Below are positions 38,269-49,050 of a DNA stretch of 64,000 bases, in pieces. Position 1 is the stretch's first letter, and each line of letters begins with the position of its first letter. The stretch comes from an uncultured Phascolarctobacterium sp. (GTDB taxonomy: Bacteria > Bacillota > Negativicutes > Acidaminococcales > Acidaminococcaceae): NCBI GenBank assembly GCA_949288065.1, contig CASEIL010000005.1, positions 53,239-117,238 of the forward strand. Reading direction: 5' to 3'. Under the pieces are notes generated by a model that had not been told where the DNA came from, ran no database searches, and saw only the letters and a list, made by a program, of their open reading frames with translations. The position numbers and the translations under genes are program-made.

Positions 38269-41200
38269 TTAAAAAGTAATTTTGTATTCCACGCCGTACC
38301 AGTCCTCGGTCGTGTTGTAATCCTTGTTGCGCTCGTAGTTCACGCTCATGTGGCGCGAAATATCGTACTGCGCAAAAATGCTTTCATGCTCGCTGTCGCT
38401 GCTTACGGTGTAGCCAACCAAAAGGTTATCGGTTAAATACTTGCTTACAAGCAGGTTGTACTGGTCTTTTTCGTCCTCCGTAAGCTCGCCGTTATCCGCC
38501 GTAAGGCTGTGCCCCGTGCGCAAACGGCCGGAGTAAATCATAAACTCATTCAGCCCCAGCGTTTCCTTAAAGATTTCTTCCACGTCGCCGAGTACGGTCA
38601 TCTCAAGGCCAACCGTCATCAGGTTCTGGAAGTCGTCCTGCGTTACGCCCTGGCCGGTGCCGGTAACTTCGCGCTGCAAGGTAAGCATTTTTATAATCTG
38701 GTCCTTCGTCAGCGCCGGGTCGCTGCGCAGAATCATTTCCATCTGCTCCAGCGGGCCGGTTACGCGCAGGAAGATGTCGTACCTTCTAAAGCGCGTGGTT
38801 GCGTCAAGGTTAACGGTCGGCAAAACGTCGCCCGGTACTGGCCACGCCACCGAAGCGTTGTGGATTTCAAACGGCGTGCGCAGGTAGGTAATGGTGCCTT
38901 TGTCAACCTTCACGTTGCCGTCTATATTAGTATACACTGTACTGCCGGTAACATGCAATCCTCCGGAAAGCCACAAATCATACAAATATTTGTTGTAAAG
39001 GTGGATGTCCGGCCCTAAGGTTACCTTAACGTCCAGCCCGTAGTTGCTGCTGCCCTCGCCCAGTTCCGGTATCGTCGGCATGTTAACCAGCACGTCGTCC
39101 AGGCGGATATCGGCCTGAATGAACGGACGGAAGCCTACGCCGCCGCGGCGCGTGCCGCTGTTCGCCTCAGGGCGGATAAAGTAGCGCTGCGGGCTGATGC
39201 CTGCCGTGCCGTTGATGCGCCCGGTGAAGATGTCCGAAACAAATTCGGCGTCCTTAAACACGGCGTTAATGATGTAGGTTTTATCCTCGCGGGCGCGCAG
39301 GGCGTAGTTGCCCGAGGCGGTTACCGTGCCCTTGCCTATTTGCAGCGAGAATTCGTTCAGCGTAATATCGTTGCCGGTAAAGTCAACGTCCAAATTAATA
39401 TTGTCAAAAATCGTATCGGCGTCCGCCAGCTTCAGCGAGCCGCCCTGCAAGGTAATATCGCCGTAAACCAGAGGCTCTTCCAGTGTGCCGCTGAGCGTTA
39501 CCTGCCCCAGCGTTTCGCCAACGCCCCACTCAACCATCGGGGTGATGAGGTGCAAAAGCCCCAGGCGCGCGTTATCAAGGTTAACCTTAATGTTCATGGC
39601 GGCTGCCGGGTTGCGGCGTTCTTCTGCGCTGCGCAGCAAATCAAGCGGCATATCGCCGTTGGCCGTTACGCGGTAAATGTCCTTGCTCAGTTCGGCGTTG
39701 TCCAGCTTCAATACATCGTTATTCAGCGTCAGCTGCGCCGTAAAGTCGTCAAACTCAATGCCTTCCACGTCGCCGTCGTACAATTTCGCTTTGGCTTTGC
39801 CGTGCGGGTTATTCAAGGTGCCATCCAGCTCCAGCTGCATATCCAGCTTGCCGTTCAGCATTACCGGCGAATCAAGCAGCGCCGTTACCACTGCCGGGTT
39901 GGCGTGCTGCGCCTCGGCCTTAATATCCAGCGCGTCGGTGTGCAGGTTTACCCAGCCGCCCGCCGTTACCACGCCCACAGTTTCCGCAGGTTTTTCGCTG
40001 CCATCGGGGTTGGTGCTGCTTTCGGTCAGCTTCAGCTCGTCAAAATTAAGCACGCCCTGCTGCAAACGCCCTTTAAAGCGCATCGCATCGTAGCTTACAA
40101 CGTCCTTAACTTTAATATCGCTTACGCGCATATCAGCAAAAATGCCGCTGCCGCGCCCGTTGGGGTTAATCGTCAGCCTGCCGTCCGCCGTGCCGTCAAT
40201 GTCCAAATCAACCTTTGCCATCCTCATAATGGAGCGCAGGTTGCCGTACATAAACGCCACCTCGCCGTTCAGGTTGTGCTCAACCGTATCCAGCGAAAGC
40301 TCTGCCGCAAACAGACCGTCCGGGCTCTGCTCAAACGAAGCTTCAACGTGGTTGTTCTTTTTGCCGTCCGCCGTCAGCGTGCCGCTGATGTTTTTCAGCT
40401 CCTCGCCGTTAACGCTTACGGTTTCGCTTTCAATGCTGCCGTCAAACACAGGCTGCGTAAGATTGCCAGTTAAGCTGCCGTGCGCACTGACAAAGCCCTT
40501 CAGCGCCACAGTATCGTCGCTGATAGGCAGCTGGCTTAAATCCATATCGGTAATATCAACCGTAAAATCAAGGTTCTGCGCCGCGTCCATCGTGCCGCTT
40601 AAAGAAGCCTCGGTAGAAAGCGCCTTCACATAGCCGTCGGTAAGGCGCAGGCTGCCGTCGGGCGCATAGTAATAGCGTCCGCTCACCTGGTCAATCAAAA
40701 AGCCTTCGGCGCTGCCCTCGTAAAGCATTACGCTGCCCTCCACCGCCGGTGCGGAGATGGGGCCCATAATGCTGATTTCGTTATCAATGTTGCCGGTAAG
40801 TTTCACGTCCACACCGGCAGCCTTAACCAAAGGCTCGGCGCGGATGCCCTTGGTGCTTACGCTAAGGCTCAGCACCGGTTCGGCGCCGCCAATATCAATA
40901 AAGCCGTTGACGAGGTTATAGCCGCGCTCCATTGACGCGCGGTAATCCGTCAGCTGCACTACGTTGTCCGTCATCGAAATTTCGCCGTGCGCCTCGGGGA
41001 ACACCAGCCCCGCAATATGCACGTTTTTAACCTGCGTATTGGCGTAAAAATCCACGCCCGTCAAATCGCCGCTGAACTTAAAGCCAGCCGTTGCCGTGCC
41101 GCTGCCGTTCTGTCCCGCAGCGCTGAAAAAGCTGTCCAGCGGAAAGTCCAGCATCCTGCCGCTGCCGCTGAATACGCCGTCGAAGCTCGCCTTGCCCGTC

Positions 41201-42554
41201 AGATTCAGCGCGCCGCCGCCATCAGCAAACGCCGCCAGTTTTTCAATTACAAGCCCTGCGTCCGTCACTTCGGCCTCAAAATCAACGTCATTCAATAAAA
41301 GGTCGCGCCAGCCCAGGCGGTCCATGTTGCCAGCCACCGTCAGTGCAAGCTCCTCGCCATCCGCCATGCCGGTCTGCCCGCTTACGGCAAGCAGCCCGTC
41401 CAAAGCAAAAGTGTCCTGCGGGTAAGCGTCCAGCGCAAAGCCTTCTATACCCTTGGCGTTCAAAACGGCAAACAGCTCGCCGTTATTAATGTTATATTCG
41501 CCGTCCAGGCGCAGGTGGCCGTTAGCCGTGTCCACGCCCGCCTCGTCCAGCATTACGCGGCTTTCCACAATGGTAAAGGGAACTGCTGGCCTGCAAGCGT
41601 CAGCTTATCCGCCTTCAGCGCGCCCTTGCCGGTAATGTTTTCCATATTTTCAAAATTAATGTCGCAGTTAAGCTGCGCCGTGTTTTCGCCTGCCGTCAGC
41701 TCTAAAGCGTCCAGCATAACTTCCCTGCCGGAAGCCTCAATGCCGCCCTTAACAGCCACAGGCAGCGGCTCGCCGCCCAAAAGCGCCTCCGCCGCCAGCT
41801 GAATATCGCCCTTGCCGCTTAAGCTGGTGTTTTCGCCGTCGTTTTCCCAAATTAAATCCAGCTCGTCAACCTCGCCCGCCAGTTTTTGCAGCGGCGCATA
41901 GGCTTCGGCAAAGCTGGCAAAATCAGTCAGCGTAAATTTATCGGTCTTAAGGTTCAGCCTGCCGTGCGCTTTGGTGTCCACCACGCCCATCAGCTTCAGC
42001 TCCTCGCCGCCATAGCTAACGGTGCCGTCAACGGCAAAATTCGGGTTCGCGCCGCCGTCAACCGCAGCGTTAACGCCAAACGCCCAGTCGCCGTAAGGCG
42101 TTGCCACGCTCACCGTGCCGTCATTCAGCGCCATATAGCCGTAAAAAGGCGTTTCGTCAGAATCCGAAGGCTTTAACAAATCCGCCATGTTCCACCTGTC
42201 GCCCTCGTCCATTTTTAAATACAGCTTCGGGCCCACCAGCGTAATATCGCTTAACGCGCGCGCGGGCGCAACAAAAGCCCGCAGGGGCGAAATGCCAAAT
42301 TTTGCCTCCGGCACTTCGGCAACCAGCTCGCCGCGGGTATCGGTAACGGCAATGCCATAAGCCGTAAACTCCAGCCTGCCGTTCCAGTCCAGCCGCTCCA
42401 GCGTTACGGTGCCGTTAATATAGCTTTGCGAAAGCGATTTTACCAGCTGCGGCACCTGCGCCAAATACTGCGGCGCAATAAATTTTACCGCCGCCGCGTA
42501 CAGCACTGCCGTTACAGCCAGAACCGCTATAAAAATTTTCCAAGCCTTATTCAT
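38269..42554 (-). CDS. tamB: TamB/AsmA-like protein split by a frame break near 41575
   Basis: ORF 41553-42554 (N-terminal TM, AsmA-like) and ORF 38269-41568 (DUF490-type C-terminus, LRSDP, terminal YKITF) overlap by 16 nt in different frames. Confidence 0.85.
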
Positions 42555-42594
42555 ATCTGCCTCCGCAGAGAAATTATAATTTAACAGTTTATGT

Positions 42595-42621
42595 ATTCTA
42601 CGTTAAAAATAATCTTCCTGC
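42595..42621 (-). promoter_or_regulatory. sigma-H-like promoter upstream of tamB
   Basis: GCAGGA-17 bp-GAAT. Confidence 0.5.
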
Positions 42622-42634
42622 CGTTTTGAAATAG

Positions 42635-42677
42635 AAAAAGCACTGCACCTTAAATTTTACAAGATGCAATGCTTTTT
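42635..42677 (-). terminator. terminator after tolC
   Basis: AAAAAGCACTGCA...TGCAATGCTTTTT. Confidence 0.65.
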
Positions 42678-42695
42678 AATGCGTTTTGATATGTT

Positions 42696-44222
42696 TTATT
42701 GTGCTGCGGCTTCCGCATTAGCTTCAGTGGCTTCTGCTGCCGGTGCTTCTGCCTGTGCAGACGGTGCAGTTTCGGTTGCGGGCTGCTCAGCTGCGGCAGT
42801 TTCATTTTCTGCCGGCGTTTCGTTAGCTGCCTGCGCGTCCGCAGATGCTTCGTTAGTTACGGCTGTATCTTCTGCCGGTTCGGGGAAGGTTCTCGGTTCC
42901 GGCACGGGCACACCCACACCCATGGAGGTGTTCAGCGCTGCCTTGGAGGTATTGTAATCATACAAGGCCTTTACATAGTTGGTTTTGGCTTCCGTTAAGG
43001 CTACCTGCGCGTCCATAACGTCGATGTTGGTGCCAACGCCAGCCTGGTAGCGTACAACAGCAATGTGGTAATCTTCTTCCGCCTGTGCTACGGCAACCTG
43101 CGTAGTGCTGATGCGTTTTTCAGCCTCGCGCATACCCAGGTAATCGGTGCGCACCTCAAGCTCAACGGCATCCTGCACCTGGCGCTGGGTTTCTTTAGCT
43201 TTCGCCAAGTTTTCCTGCGCTGCATGGATTTTCGACCAGGTTACGCCGCTGTCGAAAATGTTCATAGTAGCGGTAACGCCAACCGACCATTCTTCGTTAT
43301 CGTCGCCGGGCCAGTTGTCGCTTGCCCAGTTATTGCTGGCATTAGCGCTAATTTTAGGCATGTGGCCGCTGCGGGCTACAACCAGCGCCGCCTCGGCAGC
43401 GTCGATAGCATATTCAGCCTGTTTCAGCTCGGGGCGGTGCTCCTCGCTGTAAGCAAGGCAGTAAGCCATGTCGTTATCGTAAGGCACATATTGCAGGCTG
43501 TCCTTTAAAACAAGGGTAGTACCCAGCGGCGTGCCAATGATGTTGTTCAAACTTGCTTCAGCAACGTCGTAGCCGTTTTCCGCGCTGATGAGTTCCTGCT
43601 TGGCGTTGGCCAGCTCTACCTCACTGCGCAGTACGTCCGCACGCGCTACAATGCCCACGTTGTACTGGGCAATTACGTTATCTAAGTGCGCCTGCAAACG
43701 GTCAACCGATTCCTGGCACAGCGTTTTCATATTGCCTGCATCCAGCATGGTAAAGTAACCGTCGGTTGCGGTTTCCTTCATTTCAATGTAAGCCTGCTCC
43801 TCGGCGGAAAGCATGCTGCGGTAATTAGCCTTGGCCTGCCCAATCTGCCCCTGCAATTCGCCGCCGGTAAAAATCGGCAAAGAAGCAGTAACACCATTGC
43901 TATGGTTATTACCAATATTTTTACCATACATCTGTCTGCCTGCGGCATCCATAAATACACGATTATCAGCATAACCGCCGCGGCCGGATTGATGATTAAT
44001 GCTAATGCTGATGCCACGCGCGCTTTTAGCCGCACTGTAATCAGCCTTAGCTGCTTTTCTGTTGTATTCAGCAATTTTTACACTGGGGTTGTTTAACAGC
44101 GCCCTTTGGATGGTTTCGTCCAAATCCAGCTCCAAAGTAGCGGCAAAAACGGACTGCGAGCATAAAGCGGTTAACGCCGCCGTTAATGCCAGCACGCTTT
44201 TGGCTTTTTTATAACTGAACAT
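42696..44222 (-). CDS. tolC: TolC family outer-membrane channel
   Basis: Two OEP repeats (ASLPIFTGG, YNVGIVARADVL, YQAGVGTNIDVMDAQ); Ala/Glu/Pro/Thr-rich tail. Confidence 0.92.
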   Translation of the reverse strand: MFSYKKAKSVLALTAALTALCSQSVFAATLELDLDETIQRALLNNPSVKIAEYNRKAAKADYSAAKSARGISISINHQSGRGGYADNRVFMDAAGRQMYGKNIGNNHSNGVTASLPIFTGGELQGQIGQAKANYRSMLSAEEQAYIEMKETATDGYFTMLDAGNMKTLCQESVDRLQAHLDNVIAQYNVGIVARADVLRSEVELANAKQELISAENGYDVAEASLNNIIGTPLGTTLVLKDSLQYVPYDNDMAYCLAYSEEHRPELKQAEYAIDAAEAALVVARSGHMPKISANASNNWASDNWPGDDNEEWSVGVTATMNIFDSGVTWSKIHAAQENLAKAKETQRQVQDAVELEVRTDYLGMREAEKRISTTQVAVAQAEEDYHIAVVRYQAGVGTNIDVMDAQVALTEAKTNYVKALYDYNTSKAALNTSMGVGVPVPEPRTFPEPAEDTAVTNEASADAQAANETPAENETAAAEQPATETAPSAQAEAPAAEATEANAEAAAQ

Positions 44223-44319
44223 TTCTTTATACCTCCAATCATTGACTGATTAGTCAGTGCTTAAATTTTATATTTTTTATTTTCAAAAGTCAACTGTTTT
44301 TTCTAAAGTTAACAAATAT

Positions 44320-45588
44320 TTAAAAATAAGTGCGCACGCCAACATAGGTGTTGCTCTTGCTGCCGTGGCGCAGGTCGTCCTGCTCGCCGAGCAGCGAAAA
44401 GTTATCGGTCAGCTTCAGCTCGCCGCCCAGCTTAACCTTCGCGTCGTCAAAATCGTACACCTGCGTGTACAGGCGGAAGCGGTCGGCTATATCGTAGCCC
44501 AGTCCCACGCCAAATTCGCCCTGCATGGCGCCCATGCTTACATCGGCGGCGCCCAGCTCCCTGCCAAACTGCAAATCAAACTTGTTGCTGTCGCCAAGGT
44601 CATGGCCGCCTAGGTAAAAAAAAGTGTCGTCCTGCGGGCGGAAGGTTACGCCCAAATTGCTGCGCCAGTCGCCGCCTTCGGCGCTGTGCGTAACGTCGGC
44701 GCTAATTTCCGCTGTTTCCAAAGTGCCCAGCATACGGTTGGCCTTTTCGCTCGCCTCGCGCGCGTTATGCAGCGTGGCTTTTAAATCCTCTTCGGTCTGC
44801 GGGTCGCTGGCTACCTTTTCCAGCAGCTTGCTCGATTCCTCAATGCGCGCGCTGGTTTTAGCCATGTTTTCAATAATCGCGGCAAAATTCTGCCCGGCAT
44901 GCCCCGCGTTCACTTCGCCGATGATGTTTTCCATGCTCGTCGCTGTTTCGTTCATGCGGGCGCTCATCTCGCTCAGCTGCTTAACCATTACGTTAATCTG
45001 CTGCTGGTTGTCCACAGCCACGTCTGCCATTACCTTGGTAAAGGCGTTCATGTTGGCGCTGATGTCCTTCATGTTCAAAAAGCCCTCGCGCAGCGATTGC
45101 TGCACTTCCGGGTCGCCAAATACGTTATCCAGCGCGTCGGCAATGTTTTCCAGCTTCTTCAGCGCATCGCCCGAGGCGCTCATAAAGGTGTCGAACCCGC
45201 CGCCCGGCACGCCCTTCACGCGGTCGCCGTCCTCAAGGTAAGCGCTTACCGCGCGCGGAGGGGGCTGTATATCCACAAACTTCTCTCCCAATATACCGTC
45301 CGAGTTGATGGAAAAAGTCGATTCCTGCGGAATCTGCACGTTGTCGTTAATTTCGGCAACAACCTCAATGCCGTCCTTATTAACCGTAAGCCCCTTAACG
45401 GTGCCCACCTGCACGCCGGCATAGCGCACCATGTTGCCCTCCATCAGCCCGGCAACCTGCGGGTAATCTATGGTAATATCGTATTTATCACTGCCGAAGC
45501 TGAAGGTTCCCAAAAAGGTTATCATCGCCGCCAGAATGGCCGCGCCGCCCAGGGTTACCGCGCCTACTTTAACTTCGCTGGAACTCAT
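44320..45588 (-). CDS. mlaD: MlaD/MCE protein with helical region and C-terminal beta-strand domain
   Basis: EVKVG, GL..G..VRYAGVQVG, GILGEKFVDI; C-terminal YVGVRTYF. Confidence 0.9.
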   Translation of the reverse strand: MSSSEVKVGAVTLGGAAILAAMITFLGTFSFGSDKYDITIDYPQVAGLMEGNMVRYAGVQVGTVKGLTVNKDGIEVVAEINDNVQIPQESTFSINSDGILGEKFVDIQPPPRAVSAYLEDGDRVKGVPGGGFDTFMSASGDALKKLENIADALDNVFGDPEVQQSLREGFLNMKDISANMNAFTKVMADVAVDNQQQINVMVKQLSEMSARMNETATSMENIIGEVNAGHAGQNFAAIIENMAKTSARIEESSKLLEKVASDPQTEEDLKATLHNAREASEKANRMLGTLETAEISADVTHSAEGGDWRSNLGVTFRPQDDTFFYLGGHDLGDSNKFDLQFGRELGAADVSMGAMQGEFGVGLGYDIADRFRLYTQVYDFDDAKVKLGGELKLTDNFSLLGEQDDLRHGSKSNTYVGVRTYF

Positions 45589-46343
45589 TTTATCACCTGC
45601 TCTTTAATATCGCGCCCTTCAATAAAGGCTTTAACAATCGGGTTAGTGCTGCTATGTATCTCCTCCGCCGTGCCAATGGCAACAATATTGCCCTCGTACA
45701 GCATCGCCACGCGGTCGGCCGCGTAAAACGCGGATTGCATATCGTGCGTTACCAAAACGGAGGTAACGTGCATTTGCTGCTGCGTCTTTTTAATCAGCCT
45801 GCTGATGTTGCGGCTCATAATCGGGTCCAGCCCCGCCGTTGGTTCGTCGTACAGCACAATCTCTGGGCTGACGGCGATGGCGCGCGCAAGGCCCACGCGC
45901 TTTTTCATACCGCCGGATAGTTCTGCCGGGTACAGCTTTTCTGTGCCGGGCAAACCCACCAGCTCCAGCATTTCGTGCACAATGCCCTGTATTTCATCTT
46001 CGCTTTTATCCGTGTGCTGGCGCAGGCCAAAGGCCACGTTTTCGCCCACCGTTAAAAAGTCAAACAAGGCGGAATACTGAAACACCATGCCCATCTTCAT
46101 ACGCAGGCGGTTCCAGCCGTCCTCATCCAGTCCGGCCACGTCCTCGCCCTGTATGTAAATGCTGCCGCCCGTTGGCTCAAGTAAGCCTATCATCGTGCGC
46201 AGCACCGTGCTTTTGCCCGTGCCGGAAGGCCCTAAAATGGCCAGCGTTTCGCCCTTATACACGTCAAGGTCAATATCGTTCAGCACCGTGCGGGTGCCGA
46301 AGGTTATATTCAGTTTGCGTAAGCTGATTACTGCTTCTGCCAT
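45585..46343 (-). CDS. mlaF: MlaF ABC ATPase
   Basis: GPSGTGKS, FQYSALFD, LSGGMKKRVGLAR, YDEPTAGLDP. Confidence 0.93.
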   Translation of the reverse strand: MAEAVISLRKLNITFGTRTVLNDIDLDVYKGETLAILGPSGTGKSTVLRTMIGLLEPTGGSIYIQGEDVAGLDEDGWNRLRMKMGMVFQYSALFDFLTVGENVAFGLRQHTDKSEDEIQGIVHEMLELVGLPGTEKLYPAELSGGMKKRVGLARAIAVSPEIVLYDEPTAGLDPIMSRNISRLIKKTQQQMHVTSVLVTHDMQSAFYAADRVAMLYEGNIVAIGTAEEIHSSTNPIVKAFIEGRDIKEQVIK

Positions 46344-46352
46344 AACGGCTCC

Positions 46353-47123
46353 TTATACATACAGCACTGCCGATAAAAAGTAGTTGGCAACAAAAATTAA
46401 AATAATCGAAAGCACGACGGATTCCGTGGTAGCAAGGCCTACGCCCTCTGCCCCCTGTCTGGCGCTCATGCCCTTATGGCTCGCCACAATGGCGATAATG
46501 GCACCGAACACCATGCTTTTGAGCATGCCGCCGGTAACGTCAAAAATATCGGCAAATACTTTAATGGAATTGATATAGGTAAAATTGCTGATGCCCGCGT
46601 AGTAATGCGCCACTACCCAGCCGCCGATATTGCCTATGCCGTTGGCAAACACAATCAGCACCGGCATCATCAGCACCGCGGCTAAAAAGCGCGGCACCAC
46701 TAAATACGTTATCGGGTTGGTGGCCATAACCTTTAAAGCGTCAATCTGCTCGGTAACCTTCATCGTGCCAATTTCCGCCGCTATGGCTGCGCCAATGCGC
46801 CCTGCCACCACAACGCCCGTTAAAACAGGCACCAGCTCGCGCCCCAGCGCGATGGCCACAATGCCGCCAACAGAGGACGCCGCGCCGAAGCGCACAAACT
46901 CCGTAGCCGTTTGCAGGGCAAAAACCATGCCCGTAAAAAGTATCGTCATCAGCACAATAGGCAAAGAATCCGCGCCGAGGCGGGACATTTGCCGCACCGT
47001 TTCCTTTGCATTTGCCTGTTTCAGGCGCGCCGCCGTATCTAAAAACAGCTGCATAATACGCCCCGTGCTCTGGCAGGCGTTAAGGGTTGCCCTGCCTACC
47101 GCCGCGCAAAAATTTCCCAGCAT
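46353..47123 (-). CDS. mlaE: MlaE permease
   Basis: RELVPVL, AAEIGTMKVTEQIDAL, GAEGVG.ATT. Confidence 0.94.
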   Translation of the reverse strand: MLGNFCAAVGRATLNACQSTGRIMQLFLDTAARLKQANAKETVRQMSRLGADSLPIVLMTILFTGMVFALQTATEFVRFGAASSVGGIVAIALGRELVPVLTGVVVAGRIGAAIAAEIGTMKVTEQIDALKVMATNPITYLVVPRFLAAVLMMPVLIVFANGIGNIGGWVVAHYYAGISNFTYINSIKVFADIFDVTGGMLKSMVFGAIIAIVASHKGMSARQGAEGVGLATTESVVLSIILIFVANYFLSAVLYV

Positions 47124-47166
47124 CGGCCTCTTCCTTTCCCAAAAATTTTTAAGCTATTTTTATATA

Positions 47167-47193
47167 ATTCAACATTAAGCAACAATTCCCTGC
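47167..47193 (-). promoter_or_regulatory. sigma-H-like promoter upstream of mlaE
   Basis: GCAGGG-17 bp-GAAT. Confidence 0.45.
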
Positions 47194-47234
47194 TTAATAT
47201 AACAGGGCTTTTTTACGTTTTTGTAAAATCTGCC

Positions 47235-48917
47235 TTAACGCACCACGTTAACCATAATATCGGCGCTGCCGTCCACAATAAAGTTCATGGTGGTTTTCTG
47301 CTTGGCAGGAGTGCCGGTAAGCGCTGCGCCAAAACCTGCGTCCTGCTGCTGCTCTGCCATCAGCTCAGGGTCGGGCAGGGCGGCAATATCGACGATGATG
47401 TCGTTGTTCTGGTCGGCGTTGTTAATATCGGCAATAAAGTCCTTTAAGGTGCGGCGTTCCGGCTTTTTGGCCGCCGGTATGCCTTCTTCCTGCTGGCGCT
47501 TCATCAGCTCCTGCATCCATGCCAAACTGCTGCCGCCGCGCACGTTCAGCGCCATTTTGCCGGCCGGCTGCTGCCTGGGCACGGTAAACTTCACCGTTTT
47601 GGTCAGCTTCTGCGCGCGGTAGGGCTGAAGTTCCACATCAATCAGCAGTTCTTCGCCTGCACGCACCTCAAGCTGCTGCGGGCGGGCGGCAATAATCTCC
47701 GCCACCTCCGGCTCGGAGCCCAGCACCACATTGGCCTCTATGTTGTAAATGTCAATTTTTTCAAACTTGTTCTGCGCCAGTAAGGTGCTGGCCTGCACCA
47801 GCTCCTGGCTAATCATTTTTAAAATGCCCGCGTCGGCGTAGTACATATTTTCGCGTTCAATCTTAATCTGCTCGCCGCCTGCGCTGCGCCCGTCGATGCG
47901 GAAGTCAAAGCGCGCCGTGCCGCCGCCGTCCCTGTCCGCCACGCGCGTTACGGTGTTAAACGTCACAGCGTCCACCATGGCGGGCAAAAGCACATCGTCG
48001 TCAATCAGCTCCGTGCGCGCGCTGCCGTTAACCCCGCGCGCGCTGTCGGTAACAGCCACATACATGGGTATCACCTTCGGCTGCGGGCCAATTTTGGCGG
48101 CAATGCCCGCGCTGCGGTCCTGCGTTACGGTGCCGATGGTGCTGCCAAGGTTGCCCACCTTATAAGCGCTTTGCAAATTAGGCAGGGAGGTTAAAATCCA
48201 CGCCCTGTCCAAAAAGTAATTGCTGTCGCCGCGCTGCATAAAGGGGTGCCCAAAGGCAAGTAAGCTGCCGTCGTCGCCCAGCCACGTTACCGTGCCCAGC
48301 GCCCCCAGGCGGATATCCCCGCGTATAAGCGATACGCCGATAGCGCTGCCCGGTTCCAGCGGCTTAGTTGATGTAAAATCGCTGCCGCCGCCCGCGCCGC
48401 TCGCGCTCAGCCCCATCGGGGCAAGTTTGGTGTTTAAATATTCCAGCCCGGCAGGCGTAAAGCCGCCAGCCATCAGCACCGTGCTTTTAGGCAAAAACTC
48501 CGAAGGGCGCGGGCTGCTTTCGTTCAGTAAATCCAGCATCCGCCCGATAGGCGTTAAAAAGCAGTAATGCGGGTCGTTAAACTCCTTGCCGAAGGCCACA
48601 GCGCCCACTAAACGCCCGTCGATATAAACCGGGCTGCCGCTCATGCCCTGCGCCACGCCGCCGCTCTGTTCAATAAGGCTGCCGCTTGTGCGCACCAGCA
48701 CGTTGTAACCCATCGCCTCGCTGCCGGTTACGCCAATAACCTCCACGTCAAAGGGTTCCACGGTGTCGCCGCTTACCACGGTTTTGCCAATGCCGTGCAT
48801 ACCGGGGCGGATGTCCTCCACCGGCATCAAAGGCACGTTAGCCAGCGCCGCCACAGGCAGCATTGCTAAAAATATTAAATTAAAAATAAAAGCCAACAGT
48901 AATTTTTTTGTTCTCAT
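47235..48917 (-). CDS. SpoIVB peptidase S55 domain exported protein
   Basis: GGVAQGMSGSPVYIDGRLVGAV, AFGHPF. Confidence 0.9.
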   Translation of the reverse strand: MRTKKLLLAFIFNLIFLAMLPVAALANVPLMPVEDIRPGMHGIGKTVVSGDTVEPFDVEVIGVTGSEAMGYNVLVRTSGSLIEQSGGVAQGMSGSPVYIDGRLVGAVAFGKEFNDPHYCFLTPIGRMLDLLNESSPRPSEFLPKSTVLMAGGFTPAGLEYLNTKLAPMGLSASGAGGGSDFTSTKPLEPGSAIGVSLIRGDIRLGALGTVTWLGDDGSLLAFGHPFMQRGDSNYFLDRAWILTSLPNLQSAYKVGNLGSTIGTVTQDRSAGIAAKIGPQPKVIPMYVAVTDSARGVNGSARTELIDDDVLLPAMVDAVTFNTVTRVADRDGGGTARFDFRIDGRSAGGEQIKIERENMYYADAGILKMISQELVQASTLLAQNKFEKIDIYNIEANVVLGSEPEVAEIIAARPQQLEVRAGEELLIDVELQPYRAQKLTKTVKFTVPRQQPAGKMALNVRGGSSLAWMQELMKRQQEEGIPAAKKPERRTLKDFIADINNADQNNDIIVDIAALPDPELMAEQQQDAGFGAALTGTPAKQKTTMNFIVDGSADIMVNVVR

Positions 48918-49050
48918 AAGCCCCCGCAAAATAATGCAAAACCGGCATGGGCAAAGCGCCGCACGCCGGTTAAATTCGTTTAAAAAATAGCCGCACGCAG
49001 CCGTGCATATATGGCTATATTATACTATTTAAAAAATTTTCTGGCAAGCA

